From an uncultured delta proteobacterium (GTDB taxonomy: Bacteria; Desulfobacterota; Desulfobacteria; Desulfobacterales; QNYZ01), in contig CAWJQU010000005.1 in NCBI GenBank assembly GCA_963845145.1, positions 640,001 to 704,000 of the forward strand: a stretch of 64,000 bases of DNA, in the 5' to 3' direction. Positions 1-11,004 of this stretch are shown one piece after another. Every line of letters begins with the position of its first letter. Position 1 is the stretch's first letter. The notes under the pieces were generated by a model that made no database searches, had not been told where the DNA came from, and worked only from the letters and a program-made list of their open reading frames with translations. The position numbers and the translations under genes were made by a program.

Positions 1-212
1 AGCCGAATCAGGTTTTCAGGTGACAAAACGGCGGTTGGTGGTGGTTGCATGTTTTCCCGCAGGGCCACAACCGTTTGCACCATTCGCTTTTTTTCCTCCC
101 GACAGCCGTCACAGATGCCCAGATGTATTTCCCACTCTTCACGGATAGTATCCGCCAGTTCGTTATAGACATCAAGCCAAAGTGTTTCTTGATATTGGGG
201 GCATGCTGACAT
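1..212 (-). CDS. Zinc-finger anti-sigma factor (ZAS), N-terminal part, runs off the window
   Basis: Own translation from ATG at 212 after AGGAGG: MSACPQYQETLWLDVYNEL...EIHLGICDGCREEK with HxxxCxxC motif; directly downstream of an ECF sigma gene. Confidence 0.8.
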   Translation of the reverse strand, partial: MSACPQYQETLWLDVYNELADTIREEWEIHLGICDGCREEKKRMVQTVVALRENMQPPPTAVLSPENLIR

Positions 213-226
213 TTGGTCACCTCCTA

Positions 227-904
227 CTAAGCTATGGCCCAATGGCCCAGCGCTTTGCGCATGTGCCGAGTGGCTCTGAAAAGATGGCTTTTTACCGTCC
301 CTTGGGCGGTGTTCATGATCTTGGCGATCTCCTGAATGCTGAATCCTTCAAAAACTTTTAAGGTAAAAACCATCCGTTGGTGATCGCTTAGTTGCGCCAG
401 GGCCGATTTAATTTCCTGCTTCAATTCTTTACCCGACAGGGTTGCCATGGGGTCGTTGCCGGGGTTGGAATCGCTATGGGCTTCCAAATCCCTGTCCGGC
501 GATGCCTCCCGGGATGGGAGTGCGCTGCCGAATTTAAAAATTTTTCGCCAACGTTGTTCTTTCCGCCTCGCATCCAGGCAGGTATTGACCACAATACGAT
601 AAAACCAGGTGTAGAAACTCGAATTTCCTTTAAACTTTTTGATGGAGCGCAGCACTTTAACAAACGCTTCCTGGGTCAAATCCCGGGCTTTTTCTTCATC
701 CCCCGCCGTCATGCGATACGCAATGGCAAAGGCCTTGGATTGGTAGCGATGAATCAGCGTATCCAATGCCCAGCGTTCTTTACGCTTGGCCCCCTCAACC
801 AGAACCGCGTCGTCGATCTCCGGGTTATCAACCGGTTGATGTCCGCTTGACCATTCATCGGTTGGCTCCCTTCGTTTTGCTAAATTGACAACCCGGTTCG
901 ACAT
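227..904 (-). CDS. ECF-family RNA polymerase sigma factor
   Basis: Region 2 (ARDLTQEAFVK, FYTWFYRIVVN) and region 4 (EIAKIMNTAQGTVKSHLFRA). Confidence 0.93.
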   Translation of the reverse strand: MSNRVVNLAKRREPTDEWSSGHQPVDNPEIDDAVLVEGAKRKERWALDTLIHRYQSKAFAIAYRMTAGDEEKARDLTQEAFVKVLRSIKKFKGNSSFYTWFYRIVVNTCLDARRKEQRWRKIFKFGSALPSREASPDRDLEAHSDSNPGNDPMATLSGKELKQEIKSALAQLSDHQRMVFTLKVFEGFSIQEIAKIMNTAQGTVKSHLFRATRHMRKALGHWAIA

Positions 905-1029
905 TTTTGCGGTCCTTTTGGCCCCTTTCGGCCAATGTGGGTTCGAGTTGGAAAGGGGCCTTAGGTGGTTTTTCAGGGCTCATCGCTGATCTCATACTAT
1001 AGCACTGTCATTCCCGGTATGAAAAGGGT

Positions 1030-1467
1030 TTACCACCGATCGTGCCATCCGAAAGAAAAAAACAATCCCGGATCCACAAAAATACCGCCGAAATGAGATC
1101 GGTCGCAATAACGGTCCCCATGGTAGTGATGACGACGATCATGACGACGATCATGGCGCCGGTAATCGTTTCCACTATAATAGTCCCGTCGGTCACGATG
1201 TCGTCGATCGTGTCTACGGTCCCGGTGGCGATCACGGTAACGGTCGCGGCGGTCATAGTTATGCCGATCCCGGTGATACCTTGATCGATCGCGGTTCCGG
1301 TAATTATAATGATCCGTCTGCCCCTGTACGCTGCTTTTCCCCCGTTCGATGGTGTTGAGTTGTTTTTTAGAGCGGGACGTCTGCTTCTCGCCGGCCCAGC
1401 TGATACCCGTGGTCATGAACGTCAAGGCGACTAAAACTAAAGTGAATTTAATAATCATGCGTCTCAT
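1030..1467 (-). CDS. Exported Arg/Asp/His-rich low-complexity protein
   Basis: GGAGG RBS, signal peptide ending ISWA, RHDR/RDR repeats, aromatic C-terminus. Confidence 0.7.
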   Translation of the reverse strand: MRRMIIKFTLVLVALTFMTTGISWAGEKQTSRSKKQLNTIERGKSSVQGQTDHYNYRNRDRSRYHRDRHNYDRRDRYRDRHRDRRHDRRHRDRRDYYSGNDYRRHDRRHDRRHHYHGDRYCDRSHFGGIFVDPGLFFSFGWHDRW

Positions 1468-1509
1468 GGGTAAACCTCCTTATTATCTTTGTGTGTCCGT
1501 CTGTTGCTT

Positions 1510-1538
1510 TAGACGTTACAACCAGCCAAAGGTTTACA
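1510..1538 (-). promoter_or_regulatory. ECF-type promoter (TGTAAAC ... CGTC)
   Basis: Minus strand TGTAAACC-tttggctggttgtaa-CGTCTA upstream of the gene that precedes the ECF sigma. Confidence 0.6.
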
Positions 1539-1629
1539 CGCCGCGTAAAGCATCCATCCAAATCCAAAATCCCGGGGATCGTAACGAACCATAATATCAA
1601 CGATTTTTAAAAAAAATTAAACAATTAGC

Positions 1630-1657
1630 TTGCTTTCTCTCCAAAGCGTGTTATTAT
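1630..1657 (+). promoter_or_regulatory. Sigma70-like promoter of the csp gene with a long 5' UTR
   Basis: TTGCTT-16 bp-TATTAT with TG extension, ~120 nt before the ATG. Confidence 0.45.
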
Positions 1658-1779
1658 ACCACCATTCAACAAGGCCCTGTCTTAAGTGTGATTGGGCGGT
1701 TTTTTTCTGCAGGAACGGCTAGAATGTGGCATCCTCCAGTTTAAGATTTTGAAAATTTTACTGAAAGGAGGATGTAATC

Positions 1780-1980
1780 ATGACCAATGGAACTGTTAAG
1801 TGGTTTAGCGACCGAAAAGGGTTTGGCTTTATCGAACAAGAAGACGGACCCGATGTTTTTGTACATCATTCAGCAATTAATGCAGAAGGTTTTAAATCCC
1901 TCAATGAAGGCGATCAAGTAACCTTTGACATTGAGCAAGGACAAAAAGGCCCTGCTGCTGTAAATGTCACTGTAAGCTAA
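1780..1980 (+). CDS. cspA: Cold-shock protein
   Basis: [21 protein letters not shown] motifs; 66 aa. Confidence 0.95.
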   Translation: MTNGTVKWFSDRKGFGFIEQEDGPDVFVHHSAINAEGFKSLNEGDQVTFDIEQGQKGPAAVNVTVS

Positions 1981-1997
1981 ATCCCAAATTGTGTAAA

Positions 1998-2034
1998 AAA
2001 AGGGCATTTCTCCAATTTCAGGAGATGCCCTTTT
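1998..2034 (+). terminator. Rho-independent terminator
   Basis: aaaagggcatttc...ggagatgccctttt hairpin with T run after the csp stop. Confidence 0.75.
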
Positions 2035-2235
2035 CTGCTTTTAAGCTGAATTGATCTTTCCGGGAAGACGGCCGCCAAAACGCTCTCGCCTTTATATTAA
2101 TAGCGGTTCGAAAACATCGCTCTTTTCCCGACGCCTATTTTTGTTTTTAAAACAACCATCCACCCCTGTGATGATGGGTACGCTTGCTTTTCCGGCGAAT
2201 AATGAGCGAAGCAACAGTATGGAAGGGTATAACGC

Positions 2236-2520
2236 ATGAATATCTACATCGGAAACCTATCGTTTAATACCACGGAAGATATCTTGAAATCCTTGTTTAC
2301 AGAGTTCGGTGATGTTGAAAGCGTTAAAGTGATCAAAGATCGGGGGTCCGGCACGCCAAAGGGGTTCGGATTCATTGAAATGCCCAGTAATTCCGAGGCA
2401 GATCAGGCCATTAAGGCGTTGAACGGAAACCGCATAGACGGCAAAAACATTAAAGTAAAACCGGCGGATTCAGGTGGTAAGCGGCAAAAAAAACGAAATT
2501 CCCGTAAACGTCGTTTCTAA
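2236..2520 (+). CDS. RRM-domain RNA-binding protein
   Basis: RNP2 IYIGNL, RNP1 KGFGFIEM, basic tail. Confidence 0.95.
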   Translation: MNIYIGNLSFNTTEDILKSLFTEFGDVESVKVIKDRGSGTPKGFGFIEMPSNSEADQAIKALNGNRIDGKNIKVKPADSGGKRQKKRNSRKRRF

Positions 2521-2687
2521 TTTGTCAATAATACAGACTGTTATGGTCTTTATATTATTAAATGATCGTACAAATACCTGGGGGCGCTCAAGCCCACGGT
2601 TTTAAGGAAGTCGTCAAAGTTAAACCTTAAATTTACCAGAACGATAACCATTTAAATAGTTCTCTGATGACCGTCAGACCATAGGTG

Positions 2688-3884
2688 TTAAAAAACCCGT
2701 TTTTGGTTTTGATTGAGAAGCCGAAGGAGTTTTTCCTCCGGGTTGGAAAACTTCGCAAGGAAAATCATGGCGGCAATAATATAGGGTTTAAAGCCGGCTT
2801 CTTTATAGAGTGGATCCCGGTAACGGTCGAACACAGAGGCCGCGACCTCACCCTGGGTGCAGCTGACACCCGTGATATCCGCAGGTAAGCAGTGCATGTA
2901 TAAGGCCCGTTCGTTTTTGGTACGGGCCATGAGCGCTTCGGTGCATTCCCATTCCTTGAAATGGGCATTCTGGCCCAACAGCTCCTTCTCCAGGGCGGTA
3001 ATGCCTTCCATATCGTTGTTCGCATAAAGTTCCGTCCGTTTTTCCATGGCCTTGAAAGGCGCCCAGCTCTTAGGATAGACGATGTCGGCATTCTCAAAGG
3101 CTTTTGCCATGGAACCGGTTTTTGAAAATGAACCGCCACTGGCCTCGGCATTGGTTTTTGCAATGGCCTCTACCTCGGGCATGATGCCGTAGCCTTCAGG
3201 ATGTGCCAGGACGACCTCCATGCCGAATCGGGTCATGAGCCCTACAATGCCCTGGGGGACGGACAAAGGTTTTCCATAGGAGGGCGAATATGCCCAGGAC
3301 ATGGCGATTTTTTTGCCCTTGAGGTTTTCAATACCACCAAAATGATCAATCAGGTGGAGAGCATCGGCCATGGATTGGGTGGGATGGTCAATATCGCACT
3401 GGAGGTTGACCAGGGTGGGGCGTTGCGCCAAAATACCGGCCTCATGCCCTTGCCGGACCGCTTCGGCCACTTCCCGCATGTAAGCATTGCCCTTGCCGAT
3501 GTACATATCGTCGCGAATACCGATGACGTCGGCCATGAATGAGACCATATTGGCCGTCTCACGCACTGTTTCGCCGTGCGCCATCTGGGATTTCCCTTCG
3601 TCCAGATCCTGGACGGTGAGGCCCAATAAATTGGATGCACTGGCAAAGCTGAACCGGGTCCGGGTGGAGTTGTCCCTGAATAGCGAAATAGCCAGCCCGC
3701 TGTCGAAAGTTCGGGGGGATATGTTATTTTGGCGCATGTTTCGAAGGATTTCAGCTGTCTTGAAAACCGCGATGATCTCTTCATCACTGCGGTCCCAGGT
3801 CAGCAGAAAATCATCTTCGTACATGCCAAGGGCGCTTAAATAAGCAAGTTCTTTTATCTGTGTTTCAATCTGTACTGAGTCCAT
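2688..3884 (-). CDS. ygeW: Knotted carbamoyltransferase YgeW
   Basis: FRDNSTRTRFSF, NLQCDIDHPTQ, WAYSPSYGKPLSVPQG, YMHCLPADI. Confidence 0.93.
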   Translation of the reverse strand: MDSVQIETQIKELAYLSALGMYEDDFLLTWDRSDEEIIAVFKTAEILRNMRQNNISPRTFDSGLAISLFRDNSTRTRFSFASASNLLGLTVQDLDEGKSQMAHGETVRETANMVSFMADVIGIRDDMYIGKGNAYMREVAEAVRQGHEAGILAQRPTLVNLQCDIDHPTQSMADALHLIDHFGGIENLKGKKIAMSWAYSPSYGKPLSVPQGIVGLMTRFGMEVVLAHPEGYGIMPEVEAIAKTNAEASGGSFSKTGSMAKAFENADIVYPKSWAPFKAMEKRTELYANNDMEGITALEKELLGQNAHFKEWECTEALMARTKNERALYMHCLPADITGVSCTQGEVAASVFDRYRDPLYKEAGFKPYIIAAMIFLAKFSNPEEKLLRLLNQNQKRVF

Positions 3885-3963
3885 CAGACAACTCCATCCT
3901 GAAAGTAACGTTAGGGTTAATCTTCAGAGCCATAACTTACCGCTCAAACGCGGCACTGTCAGG

Positions 3964-5425
3964 CTACAGCAGGCCTGTTCTCTGGTTAAAATCGGCGATC
4001 AGTTCATCGATGGCATCCACTTGATCGAAAATGGAATACCAGTAGTTGTCGTGATCATACCACTGGTCGTTAAGCTCTTGAACGTCGCGCCCCTGCTGTT
4101 CGATCCAGGTGTAGTACTTGAGGTTGTGGATCGCTTTTTTGTCGTAGTAGGACAACTCCTTGGTGTGATCCATGGTGATAGCGTCGATACATTCAAGGTC
4201 CCTCTGAGCCTGGGCTTCGGTATAAACGCCCCGTTCCTGTTCCAGCTCAGCCAGGCGTGATTCATAAAGCTGCATCGAGTCTGTGGCGATGGAGACGACC
4301 ACGTCACGCTCGGTCAGTTCACTGTATTTGGCAAATTTAATGGCGGCCACCATGTTGCCAATCCCGGAAATGCCCAGCAGGTCAAGGCGCTCCACAAGGT
4401 TTTTGTCCACCCCCTCCGCCACCAAGGCCTGTCGCCCCAGTGGTTCGTTTAACAGGCGCAGAACCCGCATGGGGACTTCGTCGTCCACGGCCACGATAAA
4501 ATCGGTATCTTTGCAGTCATGCACCCAGGGCACATGTTTGTCACCGATGCCTTCGATCCGGTGGGCGCCAAATCCGTTATTGAGCAGGGTGGGGCACTGA
4601 AGTGCTTCGGCCGCAACTATCTTGGACCGGGGAAATTTTTGTTTCAAATAGTAACCGGCCCCCAAGGTCCCGCCGGAGCCCGAAGATGAGACATATCCGG
4701 CAAATCGTGATCCCTTTTCAAGGTACGGTTGCAGCATGTCTTCAACGGCGTTACCGGTGACGGTGTAATGCCACAAGGGATTACCCATTTCGTCAAACTG
4801 GTTGAAAATCCTCAGATCCTCTCCGGAATCCTTTAATTCCCAGCATTTGTCGAAAATTTCCTTGACGTTTGACTCGCATCCCGGCGTGGCAATGACCTGA
4901 CCGGCAATGGACTTAAGCCACTCAAACCTCTCCCGGGACATCTCTTCAGGCAGAATCGCAATGGCCTTACAAGCCAAAAGGGCGGATATATAAGCGCCGC
5001 CCCGGCAATAATTGCCAGTGGATGGCCAGACCGCCTTGGTCTTGCGGGGATCGAACTGACCGGTGACCAGGGCCGGGGCAAGGCACCCGAAAGTGGCGCC
5101 CACCTTATGCGCACCGGTGGGAAACCAGCGGCCGGCCAGCATGATGATCGTGGCACGACAACCGGTGAGCGTCGGCGGCAGAACGATGTGATTCACGTCG
5201 CCGAAAAGACCTCCTGAATCTTTCGGTTCGTTGTTCCAGGTAATTCGGAAAAGATTGGCGGAGTGCAGGTCCCACAGCCCGATGGTTTTCAGTTGGTCTT
5301 TAATGGCTTCCGGAACGACTTTTGGGATTTTTCATCATTGCAAACGTGGGTAGGGTAATGCCCCGCTCCCGGCAATAAGCAATGTTGCTTTCAAGGGTAT
5401 CGGCATGGATGGTTAAATCGATCAC
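3964..5425 (-). CDS. PLP-dependent fold-type II enzyme (cysteine synthase/threonine dehydratase-like), one frameshift near 5322
   Basis: FPTGAHKVGA (PLP lysine), WPSTGNYCRGG, HRIEGIGDKH; N-terminus MIDLTIHADTLESNIAYCRERGITLPTF from GTG at 5425 joins the main frame via a homopolymer. Confidence 0.85.
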
Positions 5426-5453
5426 GGGTTTTTCCTTTTCTTTTCTTTTCTAC

Positions 5454-6629
5454 TTACAATATCTCTTCAACAGACGTTATCAGCGTCTCAGGAACATGGA
5501 TGCCAAGGGTTGCCGCCGCGCTATCCTTCAGGCCGTTGCCAGTGGACAGGATCACGATGGTACGCTCCGGGTCCAGTCTCGCAGCTGCCTTGAGAAAACC
5601 GGCGAAAGCCGCTGCACCGGCAGGTTCCGCAAATAGCCCGGTGGATCTGGAGAGGGCTGCCTGGGCTTTGATAATCTCAGCATCGGACACGGTCATCATT
5701 TCCCCGCCAAACTGTTTGAGCTGGGCCAGGGCATGGATTCCGTTTCTGGGAACATCCACGCAGATGGAGTCCGCCACCGTGGATGTCGGCTGGTTGTCGA
5801 ATTTACCGGTGGTAAAAGCCCGAAAAAGGGCGTTCGATGTTTGGGCCTGAACGCCGATAATTTTTGGGATAGATGGGATCAGGCCCAGCTGTTTGAGATC
5901 CCTGAAGCCTTTGTAGACACCCGAGAGGATGCACCCGTCGCCAACGGCGACAAACAGGATGTCCGGTGCGCTACCCCAGCTGCTGAAATAGTTCCAGGGA
6001 AACCGTCTTTTTGCCTTCGATGGTCAGGGGATTATACGCCGTGTTGCGGTTTATGCCCCCTTTTTGTTTTGAAAATTCCAGCGACAGGTCATAGGCCATA
6101 TCGTAATTTCCGTGGACCCGGTATACCCTGGCTCCGTATTGAAGGGCTTGCACCAGTTTTGCCGCTGGGGCGCTTTCCGGTAGAAACAGGGTAATACTTT
6201 GGCCTGCAGCAGCACCGATGCCGGCCATGGACGAGCCGGCATTACCGGTGGAGGCCAGGGTAATGTCCGGAATATTGAATTTATTTGCCGCCGCGGAAAC
6301 CAGAAACGACGCCCGGTCTTTGAAGGACGCCGTAGGATTGGCGCCGTCATCCTTTATGAAAAGACGCTTGAATCCCGTGGAGCGCCTGAGGTTTCCGGGT
6401 TCCCACAAGGGGGTGTTGCCAACAGGTATGGGCGGGAAATAGGCTGCTTCCACCGGGAGCAGATCCCAAACGGTCAGTGGGCCATCTAAATTACCGCTAA
6501 GTGCCACCTCCAGAACACCGGTCAGAGGCTGATCCTTTTGCTGATGCCGGGAACAGTCAGGACAGAGGTCAGGTCCGGGGTTATGTCATAGGATGCGTTG
6601 CAGACGCTGCAGCGGTAGTTGAACTCCAT
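5454..6629 (-). CDS. Threonine synthase-like PLP enzyme, frameshifts near 6565 and 5970
   Basis: N-terminal CxxC...CxxC ribbon (MEFNYRCSVC...CPDC), NPTASFKDR, ASTGNAG, EGKKT, EPAGAA, TGNGLKD. Confidence 0.85.
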
Positions 6630-6726
6630 GGCGCAAATTCTCCGTGGTCACGTTTTATCTCTCAGTTCCGGCTGCAGTGCTGCAAGAACCGGGCACCGCA
6701 GCCAGGACGGATTGAGAGACGAAGGA

Positions 6727-7753
6727 CTATTTCACGGCTTCAAGGAATGCATTGAGCAGTTCTTCTCCTTCAGCGCCAAATTTCTCGACGATCAGTTTTT
6801 TCACGGCCGGAACGGCGGCTGTTTTAAAGGCTTCTTTTTCAGCCGGTGTCAGGGTATTGACCTCCATGTTTTTGGATAGTGCGTCAAGGCCCCTGTCGGA
6901 AGCTTCGATAACCCGCCCCATCCCCCGCCCTGCAACGATGGCGGATTGAGCGGCATAGGCGATCACGCCTTTTTCACTGTCCGTCAGGCTGTTCCAGAAA
7001 TCGGCATTCATGGTCCAGACATAAGGTGCAAAAATATGACCGCTTAGGGTCAGATACTTTCTGCACTTCCTGGAACTTGGCAAAAGCAATGATGGGAATC
7101 GGGTTCATCTGGCCGTCAGCAACGCCGGTCTGAAGGGCCGTATAGACTTCGGACCAGGAGATGGCCGCGGGCTGTCCGCCCATGGCCGTGATGATGGCTT
7201 TGTGCGTGTCCAGACCCATGGTCCTGATCTTCACCCCGGCCATGTCGGCGGGAGAGTGGATGGGGCGTTTGGAATTGGTCAGGTGGAAAAAACCGCCTGA
7301 GTCGCCAAACCCCAGAACGTGAAGGCCGGTTTTCTTTTCGATGTCCGCGGCCAGTTTTTTCCCGAAGGGGCCGTCGAACACCTCGTAGGTTTTACTGATG
7401 TTGGCAAATGCAAAGGGAATGTCCAGAATCCCGATGAGGGGATACGCCGATGCAAACCCACCCACAGAATGGATACCGGCCTGAATGACACCGGCCTTGA
7501 CCTGCTGCAGGGCATCTTTGTCCTTACCCAGTTGTCCGCTGGGAAAGGTTTGAACCATGACCGCGCCATTGGTGCCGGCTTCGACCAGGCTTTTAAATAC
7601 GGTGGCCATGGCGCCGGTGGGATTGTCAAAGGGGTCATCCTTGTTCAAATGGTGCAGTTTGATGGTTTTTGCCGCAACGGCTGTTCCCGTAACGCACACA
7701 ATGGCAAAAAGGGTCGCCAAAAGAACTACGGACAATCGTTTAAATGTTTTCAT
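6727..7753 (-). CDS. dctP: TRAP transporter substrate-binding protein DctP, frameshift near 7070
   Basis: Signal peptide, FPSGQLG, KIRTM, EVYTALQTGVADGQ. Confidence 0.9.
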
Positions 7754-7919
7754 GTTAACCTCCTCTGGAATGGCAACTGGGTTGCCGTTGGTTGATACCA
7801 CTCATTCACCGGTATGGATCGGGATTCCGTATCCCACAACTCACTTACCGATATATAAACGATCAAAATCACGGTGGCGCGAATCCCGTGTGATGAGGCG
7901 TACTTATCGTGCACCGCCA

Positions 7920-9203
7920 TCACATGAGTATTCTCGGGATAAACAGCGTCAAATCATCCCAAAACGCCACTAAAAAAAGAATGCCGACCTCCACGATTAA
8001 AAAGGGGATCAGCGACACACTGATCTTTTCGATGCGCTCCCCGGTAACCGACGACATCACAAACAGACAGGCGCCCACCGGTGGCGTCATCAGAGAAATA
8101 TTCAATGCCAGGACGATCATGATACCGGCATGGACCGGATCCATGCCGATGGTTGTGGTCAGCGGGCCAAGCACCGGTGCCAGGATGATCAAAGCGGCAT
8201 TGATATCCATGAACATACCCACAACCAGGAGCAGGCAGAGAATCAGAGCGATAATGACATTGGGATTGCTGGACAGGAATAGGAAAAATGCAGCAATTTT
8301 CTGGGGAATCTGCATGAACGTCATCCACCAGCTCAAAATGGACGCACTGGCAATGATCAGAAAAACAATGCCGGTAATCCTGGCCGTACGGATGAGCATC
8401 TCCACAATGTCTTTAAATGTCAGCGCCCGGTAGATCACAACACTGATGAAAAGCGCGTAAAACACCGCAATGGCAGCCGCTTCTGTGGGCGTGACGATGC
8501 CGAAGAGAATACCGCCTAAAATGATTCCGGGCATCAGAATGGCCAGAAAACTTGATTTGAACGCCCAAAAAATACGTATCAGGCTGAAGCGTTCTTTGCT
8601 TTTGGGAAGATTCAGCCGTTTGCCCAAAAGCCCGATCACGCCCATGCAAAGCACACAGATGAGCAGTCCCGGTAAAATGCCTGCGGCAAATAGCCCGGCA
8701 ATGGAAACGCCCATGAGGGAACCGTAGATGACCATCAGGTTGGATGGGGGAATCGTGGGGCCGATGATGGATCCGGCAACGGTGACGGCGCAGGAAAAAG
8801 GGCGCGAGTAGCCTTCCTTGACCATGGCCGGTACCAGGGTGTTGCCAAAGGCGGCGGTATCGGCCACGGCCGCGCCGGTCATGCCGGCAAACAGAACCGA
8901 AGCAATCATGTTGGAGTGGGCCAGCCCGCCCCGCAGGTAGCCCACCAGGGCATCGGCAAAAGCGGCCAGCTTCTCCGTGATACCCGAGCGGTTCATGATT
9001 TCTCCGGCCAGGATAAAAAACGGCATGGCCATAAAAGTAAACAGGTCCAAGCCTTCGAAGTAGCGCTTGGGCGCCATGGTCAGAAAATTCTCTCCCCCGA
9101 TCTGGACAAGCCCCGCAATGCCGGCAACCCCAAGTGTCACACCAATGGGAAGCCCCATGAGAATAAAGAAAAAGAAGATCAATAGAACGATAATCATTGT
9201 CAT
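7920..9203 (-). CDS. dctM: TRAP transporter large permease DctM
   Basis: AMPFFILAGEIM, IIGPTIPPS, TPTEAA, TPPVG. Confidence 0.93.
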   Translation of the reverse strand: MTMIIVLLIFFFFILMGLPIGVTLGVAGIAGLVQIGGENFLTMAPKRYFEGLDLFTFMAMPFFILAGEIMNRSGITEKLAAFADALVGYLRGGLAHSNMIASVLFAGMTGAAVADTAAFGNTLVPAMVKEGYSRPFSCAVTVAGSIIGPTIPPSNLMVIYGSLMGVSIAGLFAAGILPGLLICVLCMGVIGLLGKRLNLPKSKERFSLIRIFWAFKSSFLAILMPGIILGGILFGIVTPTEAAAIAVFYALFISVVIYRALTFKDIVEMLIRTARITGIVFLIIASASILSWWMTFMQIPQKIAAFFLFLSSNPNVIIALILCLLLVVGMFMDINAALIILAPVLGPLTTTIGMDPVHAGIMIVLALNISLMTPPVGACLFVMSSVTGERIEKISVSLIPFLIVEVGILFLVAFWDDLTLFIPRILM

Positions 9204-9207
9204 CTCC

Positions 9208-9721
9208 CTAGCGCGTCTGCGCCATACCGGCGACCGGCGGTTCCGGATCCCGAAACATGGCGGCAAAGATCTGGAACGCGGTCAGGGCCGAAGAGACCGG
9301 AACCGCGGCAAAGGGCACCACCATGGTGATGCCGAAGATGGTGGCGTACTGCCCCAGCCCCTCTCTGGTCATGCCGATGCCGTACCAGGCAAGAAAGAGA
9401 AAAAAGGCCAGGCTGATAAGATCAAGGCTGATCATCAGGATGCGGCCGCCCCGCTTGGGACAGGAAGCGTTTGACGATGTCCAGGCCAATGTGTTCCCGG
9501 TAATATGCACCGCAGGAAACGGCCAGAAGGGCCGCCCAGATCATGACATACCTGGATAATTCTTCGGTCCAGGTAAATCCCAGGTGCAGAAAGTAGCGCT
9601 CGACCACCCCAAACCAGATAACCACCACCATGATGCCCACCAGGAGCGCGCAGATGCGCTCAACCAGCCAGTTCAGCCAGTGCGCAATTTTGAAGAGCAG
9701 GGATTGTGAGTTTCTCTCCAT
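9208..9721 (-). CDS. dctQ: TRAP transporter small permease DctQ, frameshift near 9470
   Basis: WTEELSRYVMIW...EHIGLD and hydrophobic segments across two frames. Confidence 0.85.
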
Positions 9722-9793
9722 TTACGATCCCTCCCCTAAAGGATGTATGCATTCCCGGTTTGGTAAATTTTCGGCGGTGACGACAATCGCTCA

Positions 9794-11004
9794 CTATGCG
9801 TATTTTTGAACATACATGGACGGGATCACCGCATACATGGCCGCTGCTTTGACCAGCTCGTCTTTCCAGGTCACTTCGTTGGGTGCATGGGCCTGGTCTT
9901 CGTGCCCGGGGCCAAAGCCGATGCAGGGAATACCGTAGCGCCCCATGATGGAAACGCCGTTGGTGGAAAAGGTCCATTTATCCACTACCGGTTGCCGGTT
10001 AAACAGGCGAGGTAAAGGATTCCACCAGGGTCTTGCAGGCCTCATGATCCTCATCCAACACCCAGCTGGGAAAATAGCATTCCGTGGGATAAACCAACCC
10101 CGTGTAAGCAGGCCGATTGTAGTTGTACATGCTGACGTTGCCCCTGGCTTTTTTCACCGCCGGCAGCGCCCGGATCTCTTCCAGGGCGCTTTCCCACGTC
10201 TCCCCGCGGGTCAGACGCCGATCCACAGAGATGGTGCAGCCATCAGCTACCGCGCACCGGGAGGGTGACGTATAAAAAATCTCGGATACGGTTAATGAGC
10301 CTTTGCCCAGAAAAGGGTCGTCTTTCAGGCGCAAGGTGCAGGTCTTGCAGTTCCATGAGGATAGGCGCCATTTTAAAGATGGCGTTGTCCCCGCGTTCGG
10401 GGGCCGACCCGTGGGCGCTGACGCCGCCCACGGAGACCCGGATCTCCATGCGTCCCCGCTGCCCACGATAGATGCCCAATGATGTGGGTTCGGTCGAAAC
10501 AACGAATTCGGGGCGGATCTTGCTCTCCTCGATAATGTACTGCCAGCAAAGCCCGTCACAATCTTCTTCTTGAACGGTGCCGGTGACCAGTAGGGTGTAG
10601 TCATCCTCAAGCTTTAGATCTTTGATAATTTTACCGGCATAAACCATGGCAGCCATGCCGCCTTCCTGATCGCTGGTTCCCCGGCCGAAAATAATCTCGC
10701 TATCTTCATACCCAGTGTAGGGGTCATGCTTCCAATTGTCCAAATTACCGACCCCCACGGTGTCGATATGGGCATCCATGGCGATCAGATGTTTCCCGGT
10801 ACCGATATAGCCCAGGACATTGCCCATGGGATCGATATCGACCCGGTCGAACCCTACGGTGTGCATCTCCTGTTGAATGCGTTGGACGACTTTTTCCTCC
10901 TGGCAGCTTTCACTGGGGATGGCGACCATCTCCCTTAAAAACGCTGATATCCGTGGCCGATATTCTTCGGCTTTCTCATTTACGCGTGTAAAATCAATGC
11001 TCAT
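9794..11004 (-). CDS. ygeY: YgeY-family M20 metallohydrolase, frameshifts near 10330 and 10020
   Basis: [52 protein letters not shown]. Confidence 0.9.

Noticed and set aside
8..220. 70-aa minus-strand ORF from the track
   Set aside because: Wrong frame; the overlapping frame from 212 has the RBS and the HxxxCxxC motif
2688..11004. Selenocysteine recoding in the ygeW/ygeY cluster
   Set aside because: Breaks are frame changes, not in-frame TGA at Cys positions
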